Source of the DNA: an uncultured Gammaproteobacteria bacterium | GTDB lineage: Bacteria > Patescibacteriota > Patescibacteriia > Magasanikbacterales > UBA922 | DNA length: 64,000 nt | NCBI GenBank assembly: GCA_964447765.1 | Contig: CAYUTO010000002.1 | Location: forward strand, 38,955-102,954 | Reading direction: 5' to 3' | Shown here: positions 62,146 to 64,000 of the stretch, piece by piece | Position numbering within the stretch: the first letter of the stretch is position 1 | Layout: each line of letters starts with the position of its first letter | The notes under the pieces: model-generated | Told to the model about the DNA's origin: nothing | The model's database searches: none | The model's input: the letters and a program-made list of their open reading frames with translations, nothing else | Translations under genes and position numbers: made by a program

Positions 62146-63177
62146 ATGATTGAAAAATTAGAGAACTTAAAAAAAGAAGCAATTAGTGCAGTCAAAAAAG
62201 TAACTTCACTTATTGAGCTCGAAGCAGTGCGCGAACGTTTTTTTTCTAGAAAAACAGGTACGTTCACTTTGCTTACAAAAAACATGAAAGGGTTAACAGA
62301 TGCTGAGCGTAAAGAAGTGGGGCAAAAAATAAATGAAGTGAAGGTTGCGATTGAATCTGAATTTGAAAACAAAAAAGGAGAGTTTGAAAGTCAAGTATGG
62401 GATTCAATTGGAATAACTGAAGCGCTTGATGTAACACAGCCACAAGTGCAAGGGGTTAGTCGGGGTCACGTCCATCCAATGTCTACTGTCCATACTGAAC
62501 TCGAAGATTTGTTTACCTCAATGGGGTTCATGCTCCTCGATGGTCCTGAACTTGAGAGTGAACATTATAATTTTGACGCATTGAATATCCCAGAAAACCA
62601 TCCAGCAAGAGATTCACAAGATACTTTTTTTATCAAAGATCATGACGAATGGGTAATGCGCACACACACCAGTCCGGTACAAATTCGCGCAATGCAAAAA
62701 TATGGAGCACCCTTGCGTGCTGTAGTTTCTGGTCGCTGTTTTAGAAATGAATCAACTGATGCGAGTCATGAGCATACGTTCTATCAAATGGAAGGTATTG
62801 TGATTGATAAAGATATATCAATTGCAAACTTGATTGGGGTTATGAAAGAATTGTTACAAGGCGTGCTTCGAAAAGATGTTGAAGTACGATTGCGCCCTGG
62901 ATATTTTCCTTTTGTCGAACCTGGATTTGAACTTGATATGAAATGTTTGGTATGTGCGGGAGTAGGATGCGGTGCATGCAAACATAGTGGCTGGATCGAA
63001 ACTCTGCCGTGTGGATTGGTACATCCAAAAGTGATTGAAGCGGGAGGACTTGATCCGAAAGTATGGAGCGGTTTTGCATTTGGTCTTGGATCCATGCGTC
63101 TCTGTATGCAAAAATACGGAATTGAAGATATTCGCCAATTGCACGGAGGAAATGTAAGTTTTCTTGAACAATTCTAA
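62146..63177 (+). CDS. pheS: Phenylalanine--tRNA ligase alpha subunit
   Basis: FRNESTDASHEHTFYQMEG class II motif 2. GFAFGLGSMRL motif 3. 343 aa. Confidence 0.9.
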   Translation: MIEKLENLKKEAISAVKKVTSLIELEAVRERFFSRKTGTFTLLTKNMKGLTDAERKEVGQKINEVKVAIESEFENKKGEFESQVWDSIGITEALDVTQPQVQGVSRGHVHPMSTVHTELEDLFTSMGFMLLDGPELESEHYNFDALNIPENHPARDSQDTFFIKDHDEWVMRTHTSPVQIRAMQKYGAPLRAVVSGRCFRNESTDASHEHTFYQMEGIVIDKDISIANLIGVMKELLQGVLRKDVEVRLRPGYFPFVEPGFELDMKCLVCAGVGCGACKHSGWIETLPCGLVHPKVIEAGGLDPKVWSGFAFGLGSMRLCMQKYGIEDIRQLHGGNVSFLEQF

Positions 63178-63179
63178 TT

Positions 63180-64000
63180 ATGCTTATTTCATACAAGTGG
63201 CTTAAACAATATGTAGATCTCCCAGACTCTCTATCGCCCGCAGAGCTAGGACTTGCTTTGACTATGTCGACGGTTGAAGTCGAAGGAGTGGAATATCAGG
63301 CAAAGCAGTTTGAAAATCTCGTGGTTGGTGTCATACAAAAAGTAAGAAAACATGAAAATGCTGACTCGCTCAAAGTATGTGATGTAGATGCAGGGACTGA
63401 AATCGTACAAATTGTGTGCGGTGGATCAAATGTGCGCGAAGGAATGAAAGTAATTTTGGGAAAAATTGGTGCGCGTGTAAAATGGCATGGAGAAGGTGAA
63501 CTGGTTGAGCTTGCGCCAACCAAAATTCGCGGAGTTGAATCATTCGGCATGATTTGTGGTGCTGATGAAGTGGGACTGCTTGAAATGTTTGGAAAATTAG
63601 AAGAAAAAGAAATTGCAGATTTATCAAAACTCAAAGCAAAAGCAGGGACTCCACTTGCAGAAGCGCTACAGCTTAACGACGTAGTGATTGAAGTAGATAA
63701 TAAATCAATCAATCATCGTCCAGACCTGTGGGGACACTATGGAATCGCTCGCGAAGTTGCGGCAAAATACCGAAAGAAATTGGCGCCGTACACGATTCCT
63801 GAAATCAAAGAAGGTGATGAGAAAAAAATTAAAGTCACGATTGAGGACGGAAATGATTCAATGAAATATACAGCAGTTGCACTTGATGGAATAACTATTA
63901 GTCCATCACCTGAGAAACTACAAGCCCGTCTACGAGCTGTTGGAATTCGTCCAATCAATAATATTGTCGACATTACCAATTACGTCATGTGTGATTTGGG
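63180..64000 (+). CDS. pheT: Phenylalanine--tRNA ligase beta subunit (5' partial; runs off the window)
   Basis: MLISYKWLKQYVDLPDSLSPAELGLALTMSTVEVEGVEY is the PheT N-terminus. No stop before 64000. Confidence 0.8.
   Translation, partial: MLISYKWLKQYVDLPDSLSPAELGLALTMSTVEVEGVEYQAKQFENLVVGVIQKVRKHENADSLKVCDVDAGTEIVQIVCGGSNVREGMKVILGKIGARVKWHGEGELVELAPTKIRGVESFGMICGADEVGLLEMFGKLEEKEIADLSKLKAKAGTPLAEALQLNDVVIEVDNKSINHRPDLWGHYGIAREVAAKYRKKLAPYTIPEIKEGDEKKIKVTIEDGNDSMKYTAVALDGITISPSPEKLQARLRAVGIRPINNIVDITNYVMCDL

Noticed and set aside
1-64000. CRISPR arrays, rRNA genes, integrases/transposases, tmRNA / RNase P / SRP RNA
   Set aside because: Scanned for regularly spaced direct repeats and for the conserved cores of these RNAs and enzymes. 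None found in this window.

Overview
This looks like 64 kb of chromosome from a small-genome bacterium. It is AT-rich, roughly 38-42% GC by eye. Native housekeeping genes mostly lack Shine-Dalgarno (SD) sites. There is a 3019-aa Cys-rich membrane-anchored protein. Together these fit a Candidate Phyla Radiation (Patescibacteria)-type organism. The backbone is ordinary housekeeping: rnc, nusB, bL32, tsaC, rsmA, aspS, scpAB, parAB, rel, topA, dprA, pth, der, an LCP protein, recG, radA, a ClpC/ClpB-type chaperone, phosphohexomutase, htpX, lemA, rseP and pheST. There are six tRNAs: Arg-TCG, Lys-CTT, Leu-CAA, Arg-GCG(?), Arg-CCG, plus their terminators. Several unusual things sit on top of this backbone. 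(1) At least five short GC-rich islands (about 47-65% GC). Each is a self-contained transcription unit; several carry a near-consensus sigma70 promoter, most island ORFs have a strong SD, and most units end in a hairpin terminator. One abuts the 3' end of tRNA-Leu. Their products are a lipoprotein, soluble unknowns, three small 2-TM membrane proteins and a TraR/DksA zinc-finger protein. (2) A giant surface protein (7155..16214) built from a recurring G-C-x-x-[YF] cysteine motif plus a CBM-like lectin domain, co-transcribed with an acidic Ca-binding-like membrane protein. (3) A five-gene minus-strand envelope operon: clpC-like gene, Q/E-rich coiled-coil TM protein, TolB-like beta-propeller, DsbA-like oxidoreductase, and a Cys-rich 2-TM protein ending in an M15 (VanY-like) peptidase domain. 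(4) Small cassette-like elements: a DUF559 endonuclease gene bracketed by ~30-bp inverted repeats; a four-helix-bundle (23S IVS-type) gene inside a 25-bp inverted-repeat cassette that belongs to a dispersed AAGATTGAAGATT hairpin-repeat family; and an SD-bearing ORF with a palindromic operator sitting between two tRNA-Arg genes. Coordinates of hand-called RNA and regulatory features may be off by 1-2 nt.
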